Shown piece after piece: positions 1-7,719 of a stretch of DNA of 64,000 bases. Position 1 is the stretch's first letter; each line of letters starts with the position of its first letter. The position numbers and the translations under genes were made by a program. A model generated the notes under the pieces. It did not search any database and had not been told where the DNA came from. It saw only the letters and a program-made list of their open reading frames with translations. Origin of the DNA: a virus; IMG/VR virus record IMGVR_UViG_3300048908_000112, positions 1-64,000 of that record; one strand, written 5' to 3'.

Positions 1-257
1 GCGTCCAGATTGAGGAGTTCCGCAAGTCGAAGAAAGCGCTTCTGATGCGTGACGCGGAACTGAAGGGCCACAAGTCGGCGGTGTCTCAAGAGCGCGAAGC
101 CTACGCCCATCCGGAATACGTCGCCCTTCTCGACTCCCTGAAAGAGGCTGTCGAGCGCGAAGAGCGGATGCGTTGGCTGATGGTGGCAGCGCAATTAAAA
201 ATCGAGGTCTGGCGCAGCCTGGAGAGTTCACGACGGATCGAGGTGAAAACACTGTGA
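1..257 (+). CDS. Hypothetical coiled-coil protein, C-terminal fragment (ORF open to window edge)
   Basis: Frame 3 is open from nt 3. Its stop TGA 255-257 overlaps the GTG of the next gene (GTGA coupling). Confidence 0.5.
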   Translation, partial: VQIEEFRKSKKALLMRDAELKGHKSAVSQEREAYAHPEYVALLDSLKEAVEREERMRWLMVAAQLKIEVWRSLESSRRIEVKTL

Positions 258-955
258 ACCGTCTCCCCAGAAAAAAGAAGTGCAGATCGTGCGGCGTCAC
301 GTTCGAACCCGCTCGTTCGATGCAACAAGCCTGCTCCGTTCCCTGCGCAATTTCTCTCGCAGCGAAACAGAAGGCCCAGAAGCTGGCACGCGCCAATCGG
401 GAAGAGCGCCGGTCATTGCGTGCTGCGTTGGAGAAGGCGAAGACGCGAGGGGCGCATCTGAAGGAGGCGCAGACCGCGGTGAATGCCTATATCCGCATCC
501 GGGACGCCAATGAGCCGTGCATATCCTGCGACCGGCCAGCTGCGTGGGGCGGTCAATGGCATGCGTCGCACTATAGGGCGGTCGGTTCGAATCCTGGCTG
601 GCGCTTCAATCTTTGGAATATTTCGAAATCTTGTTCCATCTGCAACGCGTGGAAGAGCGGGAATCTCACTGAATATCGTCCGCGGCTCATTGCAAAGATA
701 GGGCTAGAACGCGTGGAGATGCTGGAGCGAGAGTCGCCCGTCCGAAAGTACGACATCGAATACCTGACACGTTTGAAAAGGATTTTTCGTGAGAAAGCTC
801 GTCGAATCAAAAAACTGCAAGATCGAGGGTTGCGATCGGCTCGCGATGTACAGCGCCCAGCAAGTCTGCCAGAAACACTACTTCCGGTTCATGAGGACTG
901 GGACCTACCATCTTTTGCCGAAGCCGCAGAGGACGATGAGGCGTCAGGATTCTAG
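254..955 (+). CDS. ninG: NinG/Rap-like recombination protein
   Basis: Cys/His pattern RKKKCRSCGVTFEP...CSVPC...CISCDR...WHASHY...CSICN and length match lambda NinG-type proteins. GTG 254 follows a GAGGTG SD. The ORF-track start at 173 lies inside the upstream gene. Confidence 0.75.
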   Translation: MNRLPRKKKCRSCGVTFEPARSMQQACSVPCAISLAAKQKAQKLARANREERRSLRAALEKAKTRGAHLKEAQTAVNAYIRIRDANEPCISCDRPAAWGGQWHASHYRAVGSNPGWRFNLWNISKSCSICNAWKSGNLTEYRPRLIAKIGLERVEMLERESPVRKYDIEYLTRLKRIFREKARRIKKLQDRGLRSARDVQRPASLPETLLPVHEDWDLPSFAEAAEDDEASGF

Positions 956-1682
956 GGGCTATTGGCAACTGTACATGCCGGATCATCCGTTGGCGGATAG
1001 CACCGGCCAAGTATGGGAGCACCGCAAGATCGTGTATGACCGAATCGGCGACGTGGTGCCGCCGTGCGAGCTGTGCGGGAAGCCCTTGACTTGGCAAATT
1101 GCGCACATCGACCACATCGACGAGAATCCGTCGAACAACGATCCGAAGAATCTGAGACCGCTTTGCAGTCCGTGCAATACGCGCCGTGGCGCTCGCTTGC
1201 CGCAATATCTCTGCAAAGGGCGCCACGCAATCACATTTGACGGAGAAACGAAGACCGCCAGCGAATGGGCTCGCGACCCGCGAGTCTCAATTGCACACAA
1301 CGTTATATCTCAGCGAAAGCGGCGCGGGATGTCTGACTACGACGCTTTATTTAGCCCGAAGCTTACCCACAACGGCAAGAAGGCCGTAAAGCCGACGCCC
1401 AAAATTAGAATCGCTCACGAGCGCTCAAATGCTGTCGCACTGACGATTAACGGCGTTACGAAAACGGCCATGGAATGGTCGCGCGAGCCTGGATGCACTG
1501 TTACCGATGGAGCGATTCGAATGCGATTCAGGCTTGGATGGGATCACGAGCGAGCCGTCTTTGCGCCCGCGAAGCCAGGTGGTGACCGCGGGATAGTGAG
1601 CCGCGACGCACTTGGCCGAATCGAGAGCGCGAAGGTCCGGGAGATGAAGAAAGTAATAACTAACGAATTGGAGGTCGCTTGA
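789..1682 (+). CDS. HNH homing endonuclease with two C-terminal DNA-binding repeats
   Basis: N-terminal CKIEGC...CQKHY knuckle and HNH core AHIDHIDENPSNNDPKNLRPLCSPCN. Repeats ITFDGETKTASEWARD and LTINGVTKTAMEWSRE. GTG start after an AAGGA SD, lying inside the 3' end of ninG. Confidence 0.8.
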   Translation: MRKLVESKNCKIEGCDRLAMYSAQQVCQKHYFRFMRTGTYHLLPKPQRTMRRQDSRGYWQLYMPDHPLADSTGQVWEHRKIVYDRIGDVVPPCELCGKPLTWQIAHIDHIDENPSNNDPKNLRPLCSPCNTRRGARLPQYLCKGRHAITFDGETKTASEWARDPRVSIAHNVISQRKRRGMSDYDALFSPKLTHNGKKAVKPTPKIRIAHERSNAVALTINGVTKTAMEWSREPGCTVTDGAIRMRFRLGWDHERAVFAPAKPGGDRGIVSRDALGRIESAKVREMKKVITNELEVA

Positions 1683-2500
1683 ATGAGCTTCATCTTTTCG
1701 CGGGCCATGGTGGAGGAATTCTCGCAGGTCAATTGCTCGGGCATCGATGCGTTTGCGCCGTTGAATTTGATCCCTACGCCCAAGCCGTCCTCGTTGCGCG
1801 GCAAAACGATGGAACCATGCCGCCGTTCCCGATTTGGAATGACGTTCGGACTTTCGACGGACGACCTTGGCGAGGAGTTGTTGATGTCGTGGCTGGCGGA
1901 TTTCCCTGTCAGGACATCAGTGCCGCTGGAAACGGAGCCGGTCTCGAAGGCGCGCGAAGCGGTCTCTGGGTCGAAATGGCTCGGATCGTTCGCGAAGTAC
2001 GACCGCGAATCGTCTTCGTGGAAAACAGCCCAATGCTCACTTCTCGGGGACTCGGACGAGTACTTGGAGACTTGGCCGAGATGGGGTTCCATGCGGAATG
2101 GGGAGTGCTTTCCGCGGGCGATTGCGGCGCCGATCACGAGCGAGAAAGGATCTGGATTCTGGCCCACTCCAACCGTCTGTGGGAATCACAACAGGAAGGG
2201 TGCGAGCAAAGCGAGTGGCGACGGACTGGCAACCGCGGTGAAGAAGCGCAGTATTCCGACGCCAACGGCATCCATGCACAAAGCGTCGTCCATCAAAGCA
2301 CTAACCCGCAAAGATGGACGAGACCGAACCTACGACCGGCTGGACCACTTCGTTTTTGCTACGGAAAGTGGCCCGCTGAATCCGGACTGGGTCGAATGGC
2401 TCATGGGGTGGCCTATAGGTCACACAGACTTAAAGGCCTTGGAAACGGGCAAGTATCAAGAGTGGCTGCAGCAGCATTCACCCTACTCTCAAACGGATAA
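1679..2500 (+). CDS. DNA (cytosine-5)-methyltransferase
   Basis: Motif I LFAGHGGG, motif IV GGFPCQDIS, motif VI FVENSP, motif VIII HERERIWILAH, motif X LKGLGNGQV. TTG start overlaps the HNH stop. Confidence 0.85.
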   Translation: MNELHLFAGHGGGILAGQLLGHRCVCAVEFDPYAQAVLVARQNDGTMPPFPIWNDVRTFDGRPWRGVVDVVAGGFPCQDISAAGNGAGLEGARSGLWVEMARIVREVRPRIVFVENSPMLTSRGLGRVLGDLAEMGFHAEWGVLSAGDCGADHERERIWILAHSNRLWESQQEGCEQSEWRRTGNRGEEAQYSDANGIHAQSVVHQSTNPQRWTRPNLRPAGPLRFCYGKWPAESGLGRMAHGVAYRSHRLKGLGNGQVSRVAAAAFTLLSNG

Positions 2501-2513
2501 GGAGGCAGCGTGA
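1683..2513 (+). CDS. Co-extensive +1-frame ORF inside the C5-MTase gene (WPTPT / NPDWVEWLMGWP motif protein)
   Basis: ATG 1683 lies 9-10 nt after GGAGG and there is no stop for 277 codons. GC3 of the first 60 codons is about 73%, versus about 53% in the MTase frame. Motifs: WPRWGSMRNGE, FWPTPT, IPTPTAS, LNPDWVEWLMGWPIGHTDL. Confidence 0.5.
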   Translation: MSFIFSRAMVEEFSQVNCSGIDAFAPLNLIPTPKPSSLRGKTMEPCRRSRFGMTFGLSTDDLGEELLMSWLADFPVRTSVPLETEPVSKAREAVSGSKWLGSFAKYDRESSSWKTAQCSLLGDSDEYLETWPRWGSMRNGECFPRAIAAPITSEKGSGFWPTPTVCGNHNRKGASKASGDGLATAVKKRSIPTPTASMHKASSIKALTRKDGRDRTYDRLDHFVFATESGPLNPDWVEWLMGWPIGHTDLKALETGKYQEWLQQHSPYSQTDKEAA

Positions 2514-2713
2514 AGGAAATGAAAACGGGCGAGATTCTGAAATGCCCGCATTGCGGAAAAGAAGAAGACAGCCCAGTCGAAGACTTCGTCGTGCAAGGGC
2601 CGCTTGCTCGCATCGGCCCAACTTCCCGCGTGGAGGATCAATGCGGCTGGTGCGATGGCGCATTCGCCGTTGAGCGCGTCAATCAAGACACCTATCTCGT
2701 GGAGAAAGCATGA
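2510..2713 (+). CDS. Small zinc-ribbon protein
   Basis: CPHCG...CGWC pairs. GTG 2510 follows a strong AAGGAGG SD and overlaps the upstream stop (GTGA). Confidence 0.55.
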   Translation: MKEMKTGEILKCPHCGKEEDSPVEDFVVQGPLARIGPTSRVEDQCGWCDGAFAVERVNQDTYLVEKA

Positions 2714-3087
2714 CCTTCCTCACCGGCGCCCTATTCGGCGCATCTATAGCGCTAGTCCTGGTGATGATCCTGCGCCGCCCGCCAGGCATCACCAAAAACG
2801 CGCGAAAGGACGATGCGCCATTGCGGAGGAAGTGGCGCGATTTGCCAACGCCTAAAGATCAGCCGCCACATTGGGAGCGGGATGGCCGGTATCGCTGCAT
2901 CGACTGCGAAACGATTACTTCGCGTGATGACTTGAGTTGGGATCTATGTGTTCCATGTCGGGACAAGGCTGCGAAGGAATCGCTGGAGCGCAGGGTGGCC
3001 ACAATCGTGACGGTTCCGACTTGGGATAAGCAAGAGGTCGGCGGAATCGACTATCGGTTTATGGGCGTTGGGAACGAAGAAGTCTGA
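2710..3087 (+). CDS. Membrane-anchored CxxC protein
   Basis: N-terminal hydrophobic helix LTGALFGASIALVLVMIL, then CIDC...CVPC. ATGA overlap with the upstream gene. Confidence 0.55.
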   Translation: MTFLTGALFGASIALVLVMILRRPPGITKNARKDDAPLRRKWRDLPTPKDQPPHWERDGRYRCIDCETITSRDDLSWDLCVPCRDKAAKESLERRVATIVTVPTWDKQEVGGIDYRFMGVGNEEV

Positions 3088-3151
3088 GGGTGCGTCCTCG
3101 CGTGCGTTTATCACACTACAGCCGTGAGGACTACTTAAATTTTGCGATATA

Positions 3152-3685
3152 ATGTACAGATTAATTCACGCGGGGTTAGTGATGTTCAAAGACAAGTACG
3201 CAAGTGATGTCAGAAGCTCTAATCTCGCCTGGAATGAGCGCGAGGTGAAGTCGATCGATCGGCTAACGGCAATGGGTCTTTCTGATCCGCTCGGAGCAGC
3301 CCTATTCCGGTTCAAGTTCGGGTCGGATGCGGCCTCGGGAAAGCGCGCACTACACCTTCTGGCGCACAAGGCGATGTGCAATCTCGGAACCGAACTGAGT
3401 TACGCGCGGAAACTCGCAGCGGCATGCATCCGCGAATGGGTTCTGGACAACTGCATCCACTGCAATGGTTCCGGGCTGATCCTGAATGGCGCGCGATACG
3501 ACAAGTGCGGCAAGTGCGACGGGGCTGGAGTTAAGTGCCATTCGGATTCGGAGCGCGCATTGGCTGCGGGCCTGCCGAGCGAATCGTGGCCGAAGCATGC
3601 CAAAAAGTTCGACCAGGTAATGACGTGCATGATGGGGTCGGTGGCGGCGACGGGCGCCAAGACGCGGGAACTTCTTAAGGATTGA
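3152..3685 (+). CDS. Q: Late-gene antiterminator, Q-like
   Basis: Double zinc motif CIHCNGSG...CGKCDGAG typical of phage antitermination Q proteins. It sits between the nin-type genes and a consensus promoter plus terminator. An alternative start at ATG 3182 is possible. Confidence 0.7.
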   Translation: MYRLIHAGLVMFKDKYASDVRSSNLAWNEREVKSIDRLTAMGLSDPLGAALFRFKFGSDAASGKRALHLLAHKAMCNLGTELSYARKLAAACIREWVLDNCIHCNGSGLILNGARYDKCGKCDGAGVKCHSDSERALAAGLPSESWPKHAKKFDQVMTCMMGSVAATGAKTRELLKD

Positions 3686-3692
3686 GGCGCGC

Positions 3693-4277
3693 ATGCAAAG
3701 AATCAAATGCCCGGCCTGCAAGCACAAAAAGAGCCGAAGCGAGTTCCCCGATAGCGTTAAGCCGGGGCTGTACAAATCGACCGCCAAGCATCCATGCCTA
3801 AGATGCGAGGCGCAAGCCAAGGATGCGGAGGCCGCCTACAATGCCACCGTCGAGAAGCGACTTGACGATGAACGCTGGTGGTCAGAAAACGAAGCAAACA
3901 TAGCGAAGTGGCAGCACGAGTACAGCCTGGAATTCACGCTGGAGAAGTTGCGGGAAATAGGCCGTCAGCGTCAAGCGGCCCAGTTGCGAGCCACACCACC
4001 CTGGGCAGACCCAAGGGCAATCGCCAAGTTTTACGAGGAAGCCGACCGCCTGACCCGCGAGACCGGCATCCCGCACCATGTCGATCACATCGTCCCGCTC
4101 CAAGGACCGGTAGCAGCATACGGGCCATTCCGCGGTCTGAGGCTAGTCTTCGGTTTCCATTGCGAGGCCAACCTGCGGGTAATCGAGGGGTCGGAAAACA
4201 TGTCGAAGGGAAACCGGTACTGGCCGGATATGCCAGATTTCCTGGCGACCGACAAAATGTTGCGCGAAGCTGCTTGA
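3693..4277 (+). CDS. HNH endonuclease
   Basis: PPWADPRAIAKFYEEA...HHVDHIVPLQG...HCEANLRVIEGSENMSKGN is a classic phage HNH core. N-terminal CPAC...CLRC. Confidence 0.8.
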   Translation: MQRIKCPACKHKKSRSEFPDSVKPGLYKSTAKHPCLRCEAQAKDAEAAYNATVEKRLDDERWWSENEANIAKWQHEYSLEFTLEKLREIGRQRQAAQLRATPPWADPRAIAKFYEEADRLTRETGIPHHVDHIVPLQGPVAAYGPFRGLRLVFGFHCEANLRVIEGSENMSKGNRYWPDMPDFLATDKMLREAA

Positions 4278-4301
4278 CACGTACTAGATGCTGTGTATAC
4301 T
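4274..4301 (+). promoter_or_regulatory. Sigma70-type late promoter (PR'-like)
   Basis: TTGACA (4274-4279), 16-nt spacer, TATACT (4296-4301). Lies about 600 nt downstream of the Q-like gene and overlaps the HNH stop codon. Confidence 0.6.
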
Positions 4302-4431
4302 TGCGCTGGGTCATTCGAAAACCGTGCATTACGGAGTAAGTTCGGCGGACAAGCCGCACTGAGAAAGATCGCCGGAAACGGCACTAAGTTTTACACAGCG
4401 ATGCTTTCGCTCGTCTCTAAAATTTCCCGAT

Positions 4432-4458
4432 AAGCCACCCTAATCCGGTGGCTTTTTG
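4432..4458 (+). terminator. Rho-independent terminator closing a ~150-nt leader (tR'-like)
   Basis: AAGCCACC-ctaatcc-GGTGGCTT followed by TTTTT. Confidence 0.7.
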
Positions 4459-4474
4459 CATTTCCAGGTTCGCA

Positions 4475-4747
4475 ATGGCCCGCTCGATCACATTTCAAGG
4501 TTCGTTCGGCGGTGATCCGCTGGGGAATCTGGAGCGTAGCCGCGCCGAAGCATCAGGCAGAAAGCCATCTAAGCGCGAATTGCTTGAGATGGGGAATCGC
4601 CCGCTGTCGGAATCGGGCCGCCGCACGCCGACTGACGACCTCAAGCCAGCTCACAAGCCGCTCGAAGTATTTCTGGCTGAGGAGTCCGCGCCAAAGCAGC
4701 GAAGCGAGGCGTGGAAGAAGTTGGAAGCCCTGTTCAGCAAGCAATAG
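4475..4747 (+). CDS. Hypothetical protein (90 aa)
   Basis: First ATG after the leader terminator. The ORF-track start at 4448 lies inside the terminator stem. Confidence 0.4.
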   Translation: MARSITFQGSFGGDPLGNLERSRAEASGRKPSKRELLEMGNRPLSESGRRTPTDDLKPAHKPLEVFLAEESAPKQRSEAWKKLEALFSKQ

Positions 4748-4847
4748 CGTTCTTAGGCGTGGTGATTGGCCCATTTCCTTGGGTGGGCTGCTCGCTGGGA
4801 AGCGCCAGCCGTACCAGTCACTACGACCTAAGAACGCCTCAAAGACT

Positions 4848-4988
4848 ATGAGCAAATCAAAGAAGCCTGATGCGTTCGCGCGGATCGCGGCGTCGCTGGC
4901 CGGCGAGGTTGTGCCAGTTCCGAAGGCATGGCCGAAGCGCATGACGCGCCGGTTTTGCATCTCCCCCGGAAAACGGTTCGCAGCATGA
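4848..4988 (+). CDS. Hypothetical small protein (46 aa)
   Basis: ATG-initiated MSKSKKPDAF... Its stop overlaps the next ATG (ATGA). Confidence 0.35.
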   Translation: MSKSKKPDAFARIAASLAGEVVPVPKAWPKRMTRRFCISPGKRFAA

Positions 4989-5110
4989 AAGACGCACAGA
5001 AACTGATCGATGACATTGAGCAAGCGCTAGAGCGTCAACGCAATCTCGACCCCGCGCTAAAGGCGTGGTACATCGCCAAACTTGATGAACTCAGGAAGCT
5101 CCAGAAATGA
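4985..5110 (+). CDS. Hypothetical small protein (41 aa)
   Basis: MKDAQKLIDDIEQALERQRNL..., helical. Coupled by ATGA overlaps on both sides. Confidence 0.4.
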   Translation: MKDAQKLIDDIEQALERQRNLDPALKAWYIAKLDELRKLQK

Positions 5111-5211
5111 ATCCGATTGTCGCGATGTACCTCTGGTGGTCGACCATGTTTCTGGGCGCGAGCAAGGTACTGATGGACGCAGCCGAGAAGATGGAGCCGG
5201 ACAATGAATAA
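5107..5211 (+). CDS. Small membrane peptide (34 aa)
   Basis: MNPIVAMYLWWSTMFLGASKVLM... has one hydrophobic helix. Below the ORF-track cutoff; coupled to its neighbours. Confidence 0.35.
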   Translation: MNPIVAMYLWWSTMFLGASKVLMDAAEKMEPDNE

Positions 5212-5428
5212 GCCCGTGACAGTCACGTTTGACCAGATGGTCGAGCACGGCAAGGCAAGCGGCGCTCCGCTCCACAACGGTATGGCGTGGTCCTTTACCT
5301 GGCTCGGTCATCCGGTGACGCATGAAAACGATCAGTGCTACCTCGTCGGAAATGACGGAATGCGACTCACGCCCGGAAACTTCCTCGTCGCGTCCGAGAA
5401 CGGAAACATCGTCGCGTTCGCGAAGTGA
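5204..5428 (+). CDS. Hypothetical protein (74 aa)
   Basis: Clean ORF with balanced composition. Confidence 0.55.
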   Translation: MNKPVTVTFDQMVEHGKASGAPLHNGMAWSFTWLGHPVTHENDQCYLVGNDGMRLTPGNFLVASENGNIVAFAK

Positions 5429-5915
5429 GTTTGTGAGTTATGGGCCGCTTTGTTTTTGGTGCGCGAGGCCGACGAACGGGAAGCAATGCCACAACCCGTG
5501 GACGACTCCCTGATAGCCTCACCTGTACGGCCTTGGTCTCTTGTACGGTTTTCTCGAACAGAGCCTAAACCCCGTACGCCAAATTCCGAGAAAGCCGTAA
5601 GAATGGCTTCTGGTAAGGCGTTTGGGGCGATAGTTCTGATGGAGTAGGAATAAAGAATTGCCGATAGTACTAGGGCTTGGTCCACCCCTGCGGCACAACG
5701 GACCGCTTTCATGAATGGTGATCGGCAACGGTGTGAGTCCGTTTCAAGATATCTGGTGGTCGCCATCCACGAAGGTGAAGCAGAGTCAGCAGCGCGCGCC
5801 GATAGGCGGGTATATGCCCATGCGGGCTGAGCGCGGTAGCCTTCACCCGAATCCCCCTCGTCACTTCACGACGATTTGCCTCCCGCGCGGAGGCGTTTTC
5901 TATTCTGGGCACACG

Positions 5916-6134
5916 ATGGCGACGAGAAAGCGCAAGACGGTCGTTGTCGTGGCTGAGCCGACGAGCACTTGCAAGAGTTGCCGCCACGCTTTCTTCGATG
6001 GCGAGATGTTCATCTGCCGCAGATTGCCGCCTGTTCCGGTGTTTGACATCGGCGAGGCGGAAGTCTGCTCATATCAGCCCGTCGTAGCGCCCGATGGCTG
6101 GTGCGGTGAATTTGGCGCAAAACTAGATTCGTAA
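5916..6134 (+). CDS. Hypothetical Cys-containing protein (72 aa)
   Basis: MATRKRKTVVV...CKSCRH...C...C...WCGEF. The ORF-track start at 5715 lies in an ORF-poor spacer. Confidence 0.5.
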   Translation: MATRKRKTVVVVAEPTSTCKSCRHAFFDGEMFICRRLPPVPVFDIGEAEVCSYQPVVAPDGWCGEFGAKLDS

Positions 6135-6144
6135 AGGGGAAACC

Positions 6145-7317
6145 GTGGCACGACAATACGACCAGCGATTGCGCGAGTTTGCCGATGCCAGGGAAACCGA
6201 ATTCCTCGAAGCGGTTGAGAAGCACGGCAAGCCCACGCACGCAGCCAAGGCGCTAGGCATCCACCACAGTGTGCTGATCCGCGCTCTGGAGAGTCTCGAG
6301 AAGCGGGCAGCAAAGATGGGGTACTCGCCGGCGCATGACATGACGCACACGGTTCCTGATGGATTCCGCGTCAAGGGCACATCGACTGCCTACACGTCTG
6401 ACGGAATCGCCATTCAGTGGGTCAAGACGGAGCGGGACGGTTCGAGGGCTGATGAAATCGCCCGCGAGGCTATCGCTGTACTGTCGGAAAGCGTTCAAGG
6501 GCTTGCGCCACTGACAGAGCCGCCGCAGCATGCACTGATTGATCTGCTGGCGGTCTACCCGTTCGGCGATCCGCACGTCGGCCTGTACACGTGGGCGCGC
6601 GAATGCGGAAAGGATTTTGACCTTGAGATTGGCCGCAAACTGACGCTCGGCGCCGTTGATCGATTGGTCTCCAGTGCGCCGGCCGCCGCAACGGCTATTC
6701 TGCTTCTGCTTGGCGACGTCTTCCATATGGACGATCAGACCAACCAGACGCCTGCGCACCGGCACCAGCTCGACGTCGACTCGCGCTTCGTCAAGGTGCT
6801 GCAGGTAGGCATTGAGACATACAGACACGCAATCCTGCGCGCGCTTGAGAAGCATCAGCGCGTGATAGTCAAGGCGGTTCCGGGCAATCATGACCCGCAC
6901 GCGATCTGGTCGCTGGCCTTTACGCTGGCGGCGTACTTCTCGAATGAGCCGCGCGTCGAAGTGGACTTGAGTCCGTCGAAGTTCTGGTATTACCGCTTCG
7001 ACAAGGTATTCATCGGCTCGACGCACGGCGATACGGTCAAGCATGGCCAACTAGGCTCAATCATGGCCGCCGACTGCCCGGAAGACTGGGGGCAAACGAA
7101 ATTCCGCTATTGGTACACGGGACACATCCACTCTAAGACGGTCACTGAACTGCCTGGCGTGGTCTGCGAATCATTCCGCACACTGGCGGCACAGGATGCC
7201 TACGCATCGGGCCATGGATACCGCGCTGGGCGCGACATGCAGTGCATCGTCCATCATCGACAATTCGGCGAAATCGAACGGCACCGCGCAGACATTGCGC
7301 TATTGGAAGCGGCATGA
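6145..7317 (+). CDS. Metallophosphoesterase-family protein with N-terminal HTH
   Basis: Calcineurin-like motifs YPFGDPHVG, LLGDVFHMDD, VPGNHD, STHGD, TGHIHS. N-terminal HGKPTHAAKALGIHHSVLIRAL is an HTH. Confidence 0.7.
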   Translation: MARQYDQRLREFADARETEFLEAVEKHGKPTHAAKALGIHHSVLIRALESLEKRAAKMGYSPAHDMTHTVPDGFRVKGTSTAYTSDGIAIQWVKTERDGSRADEIAREAIAVLSESVQGLAPLTEPPQHALIDLLAVYPFGDPHVGLYTWARECGKDFDLEIGRKLTLGAVDRLVSSAPAAATAILLLLGDVFHMDDQTNQTPAHRHQLDVDSRFVKVLQVGIETYRHAILRALEKHQRVIVKAVPGNHDPHAIWSLAFTLAAYFSNEPRVEVDLSPSKFWYYRFDKVFIGSTHGDTVKHGQLGSIMAADCPEDWGQTKFRYWYTGHIHSKTVTELPGVVCESFRTLAAQDAYASGHGYRAGRDMQCIVHHRQFGEIERHRADIALLEAA

Positions 7318-7598
7318 ACGCACAAGACTTTTGCTACTGGCTGCACGGTTTCACCGAACTAACCCGCGGCCAGACGCCCGACCCCGATCAATGGAAAGCA
7401 ATCCGCGAGCATCTGGATCTGGTGTTCAAGAAGGTGACGCCGGCTGTCGAAAGCAAAGTGACGGTGAAGGTCGACGCCAAGGATGCGCAGAAGAGCATTT
7501 CGGATCTGGCTGAGGTCATGCGCAAGTATCGAGAATCACTTCCACCGCACGATCCATGGCCGTTCGGCAACTATCCTCCCGGCACAATCATTTGCTGA
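7314..7598 (+). CDS. Hypothetical protein (94 aa)
   Basis: ATG 7314 overlaps the upstream stop (ATGA). Confidence 0.55.
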   Translation: MNAQDFCYWLHGFTELTRGQTPDPDQWKAIREHLDLVFKKVTPAVESKVTVKVDAKDAQKSISDLAEVMRKYRESLPPHDPWPFGNYPPGTIIC

Positions 7599-7719
7599 GG
7601 CCGCATGACACCCGAAACCATCCACACCCTAGGCATTGCATACGCCCCATTCCTCGCGGCTTGTGTGATTGTGGCGGTGAGAGGGTGAGAGCGACCCGTC
7701 AAGCGGGCCGCAGAAATCA

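Noticed and set aside
570-600. GGTCGGTTCGAATCCTGGC, a T-loop-like word suggesting a tRNA
   Set aside because: The flanking bases do not form a T stem (GTCGG vs CCTGG), and no acceptor or anticodon arms can be built. It lies inside the well-supported ninG coding frame.
3148-3153. TATAAT hexamer just upstream of or overlapping the Q start, as a promoter
   Set aside because: No acceptable -35 or extended -10 (TGn) at the right spacing. It overlaps the candidate ATG 3152, so a single hexamer match is not enough.
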